Origin: Candidatus Nitrospinota bacterium M3_3B_026
GTDB taxonomy: Bacteria; Nitrospinota_A; UBA7883; JBPRGF01
Assembly (NCBI GenBank): GCA_051418015.1
Contig: JBPRGF010000002.1
Coordinates: forward strand, 11,158-75,157
Length of the DNA: 64,000 bases
Direction of reading: 5' to 3'
Of the stretch, positions 22,198 to 31,405 are shown piece by piece. The notes beneath the pieces are model-generated. The model worked only from the letters and a program-made list of their open reading frames with translations. It was not told the origin of the DNA and ran no database searches. Made by a program: the position numbers and the translations under genes. How positions within the stretch are numbered: position 1 is the stretch's first letter; each line of letters begins with the position of its first letter.

Positions 22198-22890
22198 ATG
22201 AGAGCGCTTGTCCTTCAGCATGTCCCCTTCGAGGACGCGGCCGATATCGGCGCATGGCTTGCCGCGATGAGGGCGCGGATCAAGACCGTCCGCCTGTACG
22301 AAGGCGCGCCTCTGCCCGGCCCTGACCAGTTCGACCTGCTGGTCGTCATGGGCGGGCCGATGAGCGTCAACGACGAAAAGATATACCCGTGGCTCGCGGA
22401 CGAGAAAAGGCTGATCGAAAAGTCATTGCGCGCCGGGAAAAAGATACTCGGCGTCTGCCTTGGCGCGCAGCTGCTGGCAAGCGCGCTGGGGGCGAGGGTG
22501 TACAAGAACAGGGAGAAGGAGATAGGCTGGTTCCCCGTCGAGCTTGCGCCTCAGGCCGCCGGGTCGGCGCTTTTTGCGGGGGTACCGGAGCGGTTCATGG
22601 CTTTCCACTGGCACGGGGAGACCTTCGACATCCCGTCCGGCGCGGCGTGGCTCGCCAGGTCCGCCGCCTGCGAGCGGCAGGCTTTTGAATATGGCGGCGC
22701 GGCGCTGGGGCTGCAGTTTCACCTGGAGTCGACGCGGGGAAGCGTGGAGAAGCTTGTCAAAAATCTCTCTTCCGATATCACACCGGGAAAATACGTTCAG
22801 GATGCCCGGACGATGCTGGAGGCGCGGGAGAATTTCGAAAGCGCCGCGAAGACGCTTGATGTGATCCTGTCCAACCTCGTCTCGCCCTGA
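22198..22890 (+). CDS. type 1 glutamine amidotransferase
   Basis: LQHVPFE, MGGPMSV, LGVCLGAQL, EIGW, FHWHGETF, LQFHLE. Confidence 0.92.
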   Translation: MRALVLQHVPFEDAADIGAWLAAMRARIKTVRLYEGAPLPGPDQFDLLVVMGGPMSVNDEKIYPWLADEKRLIEKSLRAGKKILGVCLGAQLLASALGARVYKNREKEIGWFPVELAPQAAGSALFAGVPERFMAFHWHGETFDIPSGAAWLARSAACERQAFEYGGAALGLQFHLESTRGSVEKLVKNLSSDITPGKYVQDARTMLEARENFESAAKTLDVILSNLVSP

Positions 22891-22907
22891 CGGCGCCAGC
22901 GCGGCGG

Positions 22908-23516
22908 TCAGACGGAGATGTTGACGGTGCCGCCGATCTCCTGTTCGGCGATCGGCCTGTTCCGGGCCTGGGCGGCGGCCTGCTCTTCCTGGACCCTTCT
23001 CTCCCCCTCGCCGGGCGGCGGGCCTTCCTCCTCCACGGGCGCCGGGGCGGGCGGCTCGGCTTCTTCCAGGGCTTGTTCCGTCCGGCGGGTCACGGCTTCC
23101 CTCATCTCTTCCTCGCCAAGCGCCGGTGGACCCGGCCTGGTCTGTGGGGGCTCCGTTTCGGCCTCTCGGGCCGCCGCTTCCACCGGATGGACGGGCGCCT
23201 GCTCCTCCCGCCTCTGGGGAGCGGGACGGGCTCTTTCCGGGGTCTCGGCCCTCTCGGGCCGCGGCTCAGGAGCCCGAGGGGCGGCCTGCTCGGGCTCGGG
23301 CTGGGCGGCCTGACGGTCCGGCGCTTCCACTGGGGGACGGTTGCGGATGTCCGTTATCACCGCCTCGTCCTGCGTCCGCTCGACGGCGCGCGCGGCGGTG
23401 TTATTCCCGGCGCGCGGCTCGCCCCCTCCCCCGGCGCGGCCTGCTTCGTGGCCGGCGTAAGGGTTTGCCGGGCGTTGCGGCTCTCCCGCGTTGTTTATCC
23501 CTGGTGTTATCGCCAT
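22908..23516 (-). CDS. hypothetical Pro/Glu/Ala-rich, probably disordered protein
   Basis: Single ORF filling the gap, low complexity, ends IGGTVNISV. Confidence 0.6.
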   Translation of the reverse strand: MAITPGINNAGEPQRPANPYAGHEAGRAGGGGEPRAGNNTAARAVERTQDEAVITDIRNRPPVEAPDRQAAQPEPEQAAPRAPEPRPERAETPERARPAPQRREEQAPVHPVEAAAREAETEPPQTRPGPPALGEEEMREAVTRRTEQALEEAEPPAPAPVEEEGPPPGEGERRVQEEQAAAQARNRPIAEQEIGGTVNISV

Positions 23517-23994
23517 GACAGCTTGCCTTATAACTCTCCCGCTAATTACAAATCTATTACCGCCGGGCCTTGAAAGTCAAGGACTAATGTCCACTCCGCC
23601 GCCAGGGCGAGGCTGTGGAAAAATTACGAGGACTAAAAAGGCGGCCATGTCGGGGCCGACCTCTCCGTATTACGCAACTGCATGACTATCAACAAGATAA
23701 ACTTTAATGCTGTCACTGTTCGTTACTTTTCCCGTAACAGCGGTTCACGAGGCTGACAATTTTGGTTTTTTTGGTCGTAACGGCTCCGGGAAATATGTTC
23801 TTTTAATACAAGGAAATACGTCCAAAAAGGATGTTCCGCCCCGCGGCTTTGACAATTATCGTCACGCAATGGCCGTATCTGAGTACACAAACGTTTACAC
23901 TCCGCGGTCATGGTTTGGTGGGCCTTGGGGACTTGCCATCCCAACGTTTTGAATTTTCGAGGCGTATTTATTTATCCGGCCAGCGCGCCGCAAA

Positions 23995-24010
23995 CGGCAC
24001 AGTCATTGTA
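23995..24010 (+). promoter_or_regulatory. sigma54 (-24/-12) promoter candidate for pilA
   Basis: CGGCAC-agtca-TTGTA matches TGGCAC-N5-TTGC spacing, ~70 bp upstream of the pilin gene. Confidence 0.65.
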
Positions 24011-24072
24011 TCGTTCAGGGGCAAAGGGTCATAGCGGATCGAAGTATCGATCTTTAACTCTCAAGGAGGTCA

Positions 24073-24456
24073 ATGATTATGTTGAGATCCATGAAGAACA
24101 GGGAAGGTTTTACACTGGTCGAGTTGCTGATCGTCGTGGCGATTATCGGCATCCTGGCCGCCATCGCGATCCCGCAGTTCGCGGCTTATCGTGAAAAGGC
24201 CTACTGCTCGTCCATCGAGTCCGACCTGGCGAACTTCGCCATTGCTGAAGAGGCGTACTACACAGACCACGACATTTACGCCAGCGCCACAGTCGATCTC
24301 ACCGGCTTCAGCAGCACCTCTGGAGTCGCACTGACGATCAACACGGCCACCACCGACAGCTTCACGGCCACGGCCACGCACGCCAACTGTGACCAGGATG
24401 ACGACGGCTCTGCCGACGTGTACACTTGGGATTCCACTGCTGGCGGGCTGCAGTAA
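24073..24456 (+). CDS. pilA: type IVa major pilin
   Basis: Prepilin cleavage G|FTLVELLIVVAIIGILAAIAIPQF; AAGGAGG RBS; followed by a strong terminator. Confidence 0.93.
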   Translation: MIMLRSMKNREGFTLVELLIVVAIIGILAAIAIPQFAAYREKAYCSSIESDLANFAIAEEAYYTDHDIYASATVDLTGFSSTSGVALTINTATTDSFTATATHANCDQDDDGSADVYTWDSTAGGLQ

Positions 24457-24485
24457 TCCCCGTTTGAGCATCCCAACGCGGTTTT

Positions 24486-24522
24486 AAAGCATGGCGCTCT
24501 TCGGAGCGCCATGCTTTTTTTT
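24486..24522 (+). terminator. rho-independent terminator after pilA
   Basis: AAAGCATGGCGCTC-TTCG-GAGCGCCATGCTTT followed by a T-run. Confidence 0.9.
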
Positions 24523-24605
24523 ATTCCTTTCGTTATATATGATGAGGTTTTTCTCCGGAACTCTGCGCTCCGGGCCGCCGGGCGCGATTTCCTGACACTC
24601 TGAGC

Positions 24606-26414
24606 ATGGGACACGAGAAAAAGACCGAAAACTCCCGCGCCGCGTTTCGCCGCGTCCTGCCCGCGGCGGCGCTTTTCGCCGTCGTGCTCGCCGGATACAG
24701 CGGCACATTTCATCACCCCTTCCAGTTCGACGACAACCCGGCGATAGAATCCAACGAGTCCATACGCGACCTGTCCGGCATAAAGCGGATCTGGGACTTC
24801 AACCCGGCGAGGTTTCTGACCTTTTTGAGCCTGGCGGTGAACTATCACCTTGGCGGGCTGGACGTGTTCGGCTATCACGTTTTCAACGTCGCCGTCCATT
24901 TCCTGGCGTCGCTTTGCGTTTACTGGCTTGTCCTCCTGCTCATCTCGACAAAGGCCGGGGCGGAGAGCCTCGGCGGCGCAAAGGAGCTCGGCGGCCTGTT
25001 CGCCCTTTTCGTGGCCGTCGTGTTCGCGGCGCACCCTCTGCAGACAGAGGCCGTGACGTATATATGGCAGAGGAACACCTCGATGATGGCGCTTTTCTAC
25101 ATTCTTTCCCTCGCGCTCTACCTGAAGGGGGCCATGGCCCCGGGCTTTTCGCGGCGGCCTCTCGCCGGGGCTTTCATTTTCGCCGTGGCGGCGATGTTCA
25201 CGAAACAGAACGCCGTGACGCTGCCGATAGCGATATTGATGATCGAGTTTTTTTTCATTAGCGAAAGCTTCGCCAGGATGAAAGAGCGCGTGGCGGCTTT
25301 CGCCCCCTTCGTTCCCACGATACTGATAATCCCCATATTGACGGCTCTTGACATGAGCCAGGAGACGGGGCACATCGGGGGAAGGTATGAGAATATCCTC
25401 ACCCCTTACGAGTATCTGCTGACGCAGTTCAACGTCATAGTCAAAGTCTACCTGAAGTTGCTCGTCTATCCCGTGGGGCAGGTCCTGGACTACGATTTTC
25501 CCCCGGCAAGGTCTTTCGCCGACTCGGCGGGGTCTTTCGCGTTTCTCATCCTCATCGCGGCTTCAGCCGCCTGGCTCTACAGCAGGAACAGGCTGGCCTC
25601 TTTCGGGATATTCTTTTTCTTTCTCACGCTGTCGGTGGAGTCCTCCTTTTTCCCTTTGGAGGACCTCGTTTTCGAGCACAGGATGTACCTGCCGTCGGCC
25701 GGCCTTTTTCTGGCGGTGTCCGCGCTCCTGTTCCAGGCGGCGGGCAGGCTGAACCCCGCCGCGGCGGGGCGGGCGCTCGGTGTTTTGCTTGTTATCCTCG
25801 CCGTGGCGCTGACAGCTGGCGCCAGGAGCCGCAACGAAGTCTGGGCGGGCGAAAGGGCGATGTGGCTGGACGTTATCGAGAAATCTCCCGGCAAAGACCG
25901 TGGTTACAAGAGTCTTGCATGGATGGATTACAAGCGCGGCGACATGGAGGGCGCCAAAAAATGGTTCGAGGAAGCGCTCAAGGTGAACCCAACGTCAGAA
26001 TCTTCATTGCTGATACTGGCGAAAATCCACCTGGACGAGGGCAACCTGGCGGCGGGCAGGGAGCGCCTTGAAAGACTGCTTGAGGTTGACCCGTCCAATG
26101 TCAAAGGCCGTTACGCCCTGGGCAACCTGTACATGGAGAAGGAGGATTACGTCCAGGCGGCGAACCAGTACCGCATCGCCCTGGAAATTGAAGAATACCG
26201 GAACCCGGAGGGGCTTATGGCCCTGGGCACGGCGCTTTTCAACATGGGGCTGGTGGACCAGTCCATCACGGCGTACAAGAGAATCCTGAAGCTCAACCCG
26301 CGCCACGAGACAGCCCTGAACAACCTCTCGGTTCTTTACAACATCAAGGGCGACAAGGAAAAATCAGAGCTTTACGCGAAAAAGAGGGACGAGGCGAAGG
26401 CTTCGCGGCCATAA
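24606..26414 (+). CDS. TMTC-like multi-TM glycosyltransferase (GT-C) with C-terminal TPRs
   Basis: FQFDD, GYHVFNVAVH, FAAHPLQTEAV.YI.QR, KQNAVTLP, EHRMYLPS, RNEVW and then TPR repeats. Confidence 0.82.
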   Translation: MGHEKKTENSRAAFRRVLPAAALFAVVLAGYSGTFHHPFQFDDNPAIESNESIRDLSGIKRIWDFNPARFLTFLSLAVNYHLGGLDVFGYHVFNVAVHFLASLCVYWLVLLLISTKAGAESLGGAKELGGLFALFVAVVFAAHPLQTEAVTYIWQRNTSMMALFYILSLALYLKGAMAPGFSRRPLAGAFIFAVAAMFTKQNAVTLPIAILMIEFFFISESFARMKERVAAFAPFVPTILIIPILTALDMSQETGHIGGRYENILTPYEYLLTQFNVIVKVYLKLLVYPVGQVLDYDFPPARSFADSAGSFAFLILIAASAAWLYSRNRLASFGIFFFFLTLSVESSFFPLEDLVFEHRMYLPSAGLFLAVSALLFQAAGRLNPAAAGRALGVLLVILAVALTAGARSRNEVWAGERAMWLDVIEKSPGKDRGYKSLAWMDYKRGDMEGAKKWFEEALKVNPTSESSLLILAKIHLDEGNLAAGRERLERLLEVDPSNVKGRYALGNLYMEKEDYVQAANQYRIALEIEEYRNPEGLMALGTALFNMGLVDQSITAYKRILKLNPRHETALNNLSVLYNIKGDKEKSELYAKKRDEAKASRP

Positions 26415-26419
26415 GAAAA

Positions 26420-26452
26420 GGGAGGCCCTTTCCCCGTGAAAAAGGGCCTCCC
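26420..26452. terminator. hairpin between convergent genes
   Basis: GGGAGGCCCTTT...AAAGGGCCTCCC inverted repeat. Confidence 0.6.
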
Positions 26453-26478
26453 GGCAAGGTCCAGCGTGTTTTTTTACG

Positions 26479-26970
26479 CTAGAACCTGTTTCCGCAGACT
26501 CCTCCCCTGCACGCTCCGTCGTAGCTCGCGTGGCAGTCGGCGCAGGTTTGCGGGTTCAAGGGATGCCCCGGCTCCTTCGAGGCTACGGACGATCCGTCCT
26601 CGATCTTGACCACGTCGTAGATCGGCTTGCCGTTCTTGTGATCGGTGGTGAAGGCGACGCCGATTTTCTTGAAAACCAGGACGCCCGTCTTTCCGTCGGG
26701 ATACTTCTTGCCGCGGATGTTGTACATCTTCATCTTCTTCGGGTTGATGTACGACTTGTACGAGCCAGGCTTCAAGCCGCAGTACAAGTCCACGGTGGCC
26801 TGCAGGATATCGTCGCCCCCAAGCGGCAGGACGTTGACCCCGCAATCGGGCATGGGCCCTTGCGCCCTCCCCTCTTCCCAGCCATTCCAGTAGTTTCCGG
26901 CGGCGGCGGAGCCGGCGAAGATCAGAAAAGATACGGCCAGGGCCGCGGCTGCGAGCAGAGCTTTTCTCAT
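26479..26970 (-). CDS. periplasmic monoheme cytochrome c, probably P460/c'-beta fold
   Basis: Signal peptide, single C-terminal CADCH, YINP...KYPDG..VLVF segment, beta-rich body. Confidence 0.7.
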   Translation of the reverse strand: MRKALLAAAALAVSFLIFAGSAAAGNYWNGWEEGRAQGPMPDCGVNVLPLGGDDILQATVDLYCGLKPGSYKSYINPKKMKMYNIRGKKYPDGKTGVLVFKKIGVAFTTDHKNGKPIYDVVKIEDGSSVASKEPGHPLNPQTCADCHASYDGACRGGVCGNRF

Positions 26971-27167
26971 AATTCCCCCCCAAACAGTTCGTTAACAGTT
27001 CCGCAACCTTAGCAAATCGAACCATACGGGAGGTATGACCTTTGTCACATTCCGCCGGACGATTCGCGGACGGCGCCTGAAAAAAAACCCGCTTTTTTCG
27101 CCGGGGAACATGGGGCGAAAGGCGGCTTTCGTCAAAGCGTTGTTTTTGATATAATTAACGTGACCGC

Positions 27168-27749
27168 ATGGATCGGCGGTCCGGCAATCAACCCTGGGGC
27201 GTCAAGTTGAACAGCGTGGACGAGCGAAAAGGCGAGGGGCAGACCCCTGTCGTGTACATCTACACCACAGCCACGCTCCACCTGAAATGCCCCTCCTGCG
27301 GCGCCGAGTCCACCGTCGCGCTGAAAAAGCCGCTCACCCAGTCCGCCAAGGTGACCTGCAACAGGTGCCGGACGCTCTTCATCGTCCAGCCCACGGAAAG
27401 AGAGCAATATAGAAAGCCGCTGGACACCTACGCCGACATGGATAGAAAACCCATCGGCGAGCCGAAAAAACGGTCCGTCATCGAGGTGAAGGCAACCGAC
27501 ATAAGCCGCGGGGGGATGGGGATCATAATCCCCCGGAACGGCATGAGCGGCCACAGCTTCGAGGTGGAAGAGATGGTCCACCTGCGCTTCGCCCTCCCGA
27601 AGAAAAGCAAGGAGGTGACGGTAAACGTCAAGGCCGTTATCCGGAACCTGATCCCCATCGGCGGGTCCGGCGCGAGCAAGGCCGGGCTGGAGTTTTCCGA
27701 CCTGGACGAGCACGCCACGAAGGAGATAGGTTTTTTCCTCTGGAACTGA
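27168..27749 (+). CDS. zinc-ribbon plus PilZ domain c-di-GMP receptor (start uncertain)
   Basis: CPSC...CNRC followed by REQYR (RxxxR) and DISRGG (DxSxxG), ending in GLEFSDL. Confidence 0.82.
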   Translation: MDRRSGNQPWGVKLNSVDERKGEGQTPVVYIYTTATLHLKCPSCGAESTVALKKPLTQSAKVTCNRCRTLFIVQPTEREQYRKPLDTYADMDRKPIGEPKKRSVIEVKATDISRGGMGIIIPRNGMSGHSFEVEEMVHLRFALPKKSKEVTVNVKAVIRNLIPIGGSGASKAGLEFSDLDEHATKEIGFFLWN

Positions 27750-27884
27750 AAAGCGCGGGCGCTTTTCGTGTGTTTGGTTATCGCCCGGCGTATGGTATAA
27801 AATCAACAGCGGCTGAAACAACCTGTTTAATATCGTGGACCGCGGCCCTCGCGCCGCCATCGACCCGAGGGGGGACAAGGACTT

Positions 27885-28925
27885 ATGCCCGAACGTCTTG
27901 GAACCACCATCACCAAGCACATAATAGAGCAACAGCGCCGTTTCCCCCGCGCCAGCGGGGAGTTCACCGGGCTCTTGAACGAGCTGGTGGTGGCGGCGAA
28001 GGTCATCGCCCGCGAGGTGAACAAGGCCGGGCTGGTGGACATCCTGGGGGAGACCGGCGAGACCAACATCCAGGGCGAGACGGTGCAAAAGCTCGACGAG
28101 TTCGCCAACTCCGCGATCATCCAGAAGATGGACCACACGGGCTACCTTTGCGCCATGGCCTCCGAGGAGATGGCGGGGATCATAAACATCCCCGACAAGT
28201 ATCCCCAGACCGGCAAGTACACCCTCGCCTTCGACCCGCTGGACGGCTCCTCCAACATAGACGTCAACGTCTCCATAGGCACCATCTTCTCCATCCACAG
28301 GAAGGTGTCCGGCGCGCCTAAGGGCGTGGAGGAGGACTTCCTGCAGGAAGGGTCAAAGCAACTTGCGGCCGGATACATCATCTACGGCTCCTCCACCATG
28401 CTGGTCTTCTCCGCCGGGGCGGGGGTGCACGGCTTCACGCTGGACCCTTCCATAGGCGAGTTTCTCCTGAGCCATCCGAACATCACCACGCCGCCCAGGG
28501 GGAACATATATTCCGTCAACGAGGGCAACTCCCACAAGTGGGACGGCAACGTAAAACGCATGGTCGAATACTTCAAGACGCCGGACAAGGAAACCGGCAG
28601 GCCGTACACATCGCGGTATATAGGCTCGCTGGTGGCCGATTTCCACAGGAACCTGCTGAAAGGCGGGATATTCATGTATCCCCACGACAGCAAAAACCCC
28701 AACGGCAAACTCCGGCTGCTCTACGAAGCCGCGCCGCTGGCCTACGTCTGTGAACAGGCGGGCGGCGGCGCCATATCTCACCATGAGAACATCCTGGACA
28801 TAAAGCCCGTGGAGCTGCACCAGCGCGTGCCCCTGTTCATCGGCAGCAAGGAGGATGTCGAAACCTGCCGGATGTTCCTGAAAGGCGAAGACGCCGGGAA
28901 AAAGGCGTCGCTTTCAGCGCGTTAA
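27885..28925 (+). CDS. fbp: class 1 fructose-1,6-bisphosphatase
   Basis: [47 protein letters not shown]. Confidence 0.96.
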   Translation: MPERLGTTITKHIIEQQRRFPRASGEFTGLLNELVVAAKVIAREVNKAGLVDILGETGETNIQGETVQKLDEFANSAIIQKMDHTGYLCAMASEEMAGIINIPDKYPQTGKYTLAFDPLDGSSNIDVNVSIGTIFSIHRKVSGAPKGVEEDFLQEGSKQLAAGYIIYGSSTMLVFSAGAGVHGFTLDPSIGEFLLSHPNITTPPRGNIYSVNEGNSHKWDGNVKRMVEYFKTPDKETGRPYTSRYIGSLVADFHRNLLKGGIFMYPHDSKNPNGKLRLLYEAAPLAYVCEQAGGGAISHHENILDIKPVELHQRVPLFIGSKEDVETCRMFLKGEDAGKKASLSAR

Positions 28926-29102
28926 GCGCCGGCCGCTATCTCCGGACGGCGCGACGGCGGACGTAAACTCCATTTGCGCCTCGCCTGCCCTGGACATATA
29001 TTACCTCCATCAAAGGCTATCGGCGCCGCAGATCCTGGCCGCGCTGGGGCGCGAAACAGGCCGTGGGCCGGCCAAACACTCAAGAGCAGAGGGGGGCATG
29101 AG

Positions 29103-29714
29103 ATGAAAAAAACGTTGATATTCCTTTGGCTGATGATTTTCCTGTCACTGGCCGCCATCCCTGCCGCGTGGGCCGGCAAACCAGGATCATGCGCCGCCAT
29201 CAAGGACGGCGTGTTGCAAAGCAGCGACGGCGCCACGCTCACGCTGGGATACGACCAGTGGGGTTACAACTACCAGGCGCATATTTTCAACGGCGGCTAT
29301 TGTGACGCCTATCGCGACGCCGCGTGGTGCCAGCCTTACAAGGATGTGGAACTCATAATGAAGTGGAACGACGCATGGCTTTCCAACAAGGATTGCGACG
29401 GCGACGGAATGCTGGACAGGCATTACGGCCATTCAACATATATAGGCTCCGGAGCGTGGCTCACCAACCACCAGAGCGGCATTTACGAGATGGACGGGGA
29501 GGCGTGCCAGTGGGAATACTTCGTCAAGATCGTCGCCGCGCCAGCGGACGCAGACGTCGACGAGGGATATTGGTATTCAGCCGATGGCTCCGAGATAGGG
29601 CCCGTCGAATGGGTCGATTTCGCCGTGATACAGCGCATATACAACGATCCGTGCGCGGGCGAGCACGGCGTGGAGTACCTGAGCCCCGTCGGACCCGGCG
29701 TCGGAAAGTTCTAG
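29103..29714 (+). CDS. secreted hypothetical protein (Trp/Tyr/Cys-rich, DCDGDG motif)
   Basis: Signal peptide MKKTLIFLW...AWA; start re-called at ATG 29103. Confidence 0.7.
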   Translation: MKKTLIFLWLMIFLSLAAIPAAWAGKPGSCAAIKDGVLQSSDGATLTLGYDQWGYNYQAHIFNGGYCDAYRDAAWCQPYKDVELIMKWNDAWLSNKDCDGDGMLDRHYGHSTYIGSGAWLTNHQSGIYEMDGEACQWEYFVKIVAAPADADVDEGYWYSADGSEIGPVEWVDFAVIQRIYNDPCAGEHGVEYLSPVGPGVGKF

Positions 29715-29726
29715 AGCGCTAAAACG

Positions 29727-29765
29727 CGGCCCCGCTCGCGCGCAGGGCGGGGCCGCTCTGTTTTC
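29727..29765 (+). terminator. rho-independent terminator
   Basis: GCGGCCCCGC...GCGGGGCCGC followed by TCTGTTTT. Confidence 0.6.
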
Positions 29766-29837
29766 CACCCCCCCCCCGAAGTTTCGGCCCGCGTTTGACA
29801 GCGCGTGTTGTGTTATTATATACAACGTTTCTCAAGG

Positions 29838-29913
29838 GGGGCAGTAGCTCAGCTGGGAGAGCGCAGCGTTCGCAACGCTGAGGTCACGGGTTCGATCCCC
29901 GTCTGCTCCACCA
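29838..29913 (+). tRNA. tRNA-Ala (anticodon CGC)
   Basis: Cloverleaf: acceptor GGGGCAG/CTGCTCC with G3:U70, anticodon stem CAGCG/CGCTG with loop TTCGCAA, T-arm GGTTCGATCC, encoded CCA. Confidence 0.97.
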
Positions 29914-29918
29914 TTCAT

Positions 29919-31028
29919 TCAACGGGTTACGCCGCAAGGCGCGCCCTCGACCCCCGCGAAATCCCCGGATTGTGACAAAATTGTGACAAAATCCCTCTCC
30001 GGCCTGTCCAATCCGTCCAGAATCTCCACTCCGGGCCTTAAGCTTTCGATGCAATGATGGGCGTATCTCTGGGTCATCCTGATGTCCTTGTGGCCGAGAA
30101 GCTTCGCCACGGAGTACAGGTCAACCCCCGCCCTCACGAGCCTGGTGGCGAACGTATGCCTCAGGTCATGAAAACGGAACTTCTCCACTCCGGCTTTCCT
30201 GACGGCTTTCTTGAAGTCTCTCTGAAGATTGGTCCTGTCAAGCCTGCCTCCGGCGCCGCAACAAAAGATGAAACCATCCATGAAGCCTTTAAATCGTCTT
30301 CTGGACATAACGGCTCCCAAAGCATTCTTGTTCAGGGGCACGCTCCTTCTCTCCCCGTTCTTGGACTTCATGATCACCGCCGTCCTTCTCTTCAAATCCA
30401 CGTAAGGCCATCTCAGATCCAGAATCTCAGCCTGCCTCATCCCTGTGTTCAGGGCGAAAACAATGATGTCCCTGAGCCTCTCGGGACACACCGCCAGAAG
30501 CCTCTTCTCCTCGTCGAAGGATAGCCATCGGTCGACCTGGTTGTTGAACCGGATTTTCGAGACCCGGGAAGCGGGATTTTTTTCAACCCACTCCCATTCC
30601 ATGACGGCGAGGTTGTAAGCCCGCCTCATGATGCTCACCTCCCGCTCGATCGTCGCCGGCTTTCTGCCGAGCTTTCTCCTCGCGGACTTGTACTCGACAA
30701 TCATCGCGGAGGTGATCTCACCGACAAGGCGGCCTTTGAAAAATCTCAGAAGACTCTTCGAGGCGCTCGCCTCTCTCAGCCGGCTGTCCTTGGTTTTGAA
30801 GACAGCATACTCATCGAGGTATTTGCCCATCATCTCCTCAAAGGTCTTTTTACTCCCAGGATTCTCGGAAGCGATGTCAAGCCACCTGCCTTCCGCGATC
30901 CCTGTCGTGACCTTCGCGAAAATTTTCATTGCCAGCTTCTTGTCAGCGGTTTCGGTTGACCTTCTTATCCGGCCGTGTTCCGTGGAGAAGCTCATCCACC
31001 AGACCCTGCCTCTTTTATACAGCGCCAT
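29919..31028 (-). CDS. phage-type tyrosine integrase
   Basis: N-terminal arm-binding segment LYKRGRVWW, TGMRQAEI, SKNG, FHDLRHTFATRL, LLGHKD..MTQRYAH; AGGAGG RBS. Confidence 0.95.
   Translation of the reverse strand: MALYKRGRVWWMSFSTEHGRIRRSTETADKKLAMKIFAKVTTGIAEGRWLDIASENPGSKKTFEEMMGKYLDEYAVFKTKDSRLREASASKSLLRFFKGRLVGEITSAMIVEYKSARRKLGRKPATIEREVSIMRRAYNLAVMEWEWVEKNPASRVSKIRFNNQVDRWLSFDEEKRLLAVCPERLRDIIVFALNTGMRQAEILDLRWPYVDLKRRTAVIMKSKNGERRSVPLNKNALGAVMSRRRFKGFMDGFIFCCGAGGRLDRTNLQRDFKKAVRKAGVEKFRFHDLRHTFATRLVRAGVDLYSVAKLLGHKDIRMTQRYAHHCIESLRPGVEILDGLDRPERDFVTILSQSGDFAGVEGAPCGVTR
29969..29992. repeat. tandem 11-bp direct repeat, candidate integrase arm-type sites
   Basis: ATTGTGACAAA-ATTGTGACAAA about 55 bp inside the att end. 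Confidence 0.6.
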
Positions 31029-31359
31029 ATCCACCTCCTTTCCGGGCAGACTTGGCCTGGCTTCCCCTATCAGGGGAATGATAGCCCCGGCTTTTGGACG
31101 AATCAATGGCTTCTCGAATAATATTTTCCATCCTGCTGGAAGCGATCGGCTTGGGCTTTGAAATTTTTGGCGCGCGTTCCACCGAGTTTTTGGAGGATTC
31201 TATCCAGTTTTCAATATCAGCGAGGTCAAAACGCAACAAGCCATAAAACCTGAGGCACGGAATTTTTCCCTGGCTCGCCCAGGCGTACAGAGTCGAGCTT
31301 TTCACATTCAAAAGCTCGGAAAGCTCCTTGATCGTAAGATATCGCTTTTTTGTGCTCAT
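31015..31359 (-). CDS. excisionase/AlpA-like HTH protein
   Basis: YLTIKELSELLNVKSSTLYAWASQGKIPCLRFYGLLRFDLADIENWI; overlaps the integrase start. Confidence 0.88.
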   Translation of the reverse strand: MSTKKRYLTIKELSELLNVKSSTLYAWASQGKIPCLRFYGLLRFDLADIENWIESSKNSVERAPKISKPKPIASSRMENIIREAIDSSKSRGYHSPDRGSQAKSARKGGGYGAV

Positions 31360-31405
31360 GGTTTCAGAAAACGTCCGCGTTTGATGGCTTGTTGGAACAT
31401 CCTTT

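Noticed and set aside
23520..24070. Small ORFs or ncRNA in the AT-rich region upstream of pilA
   Set aside because: No coding signal; consistent with a sigma54 promoter plus upstream activator and IHF sites.
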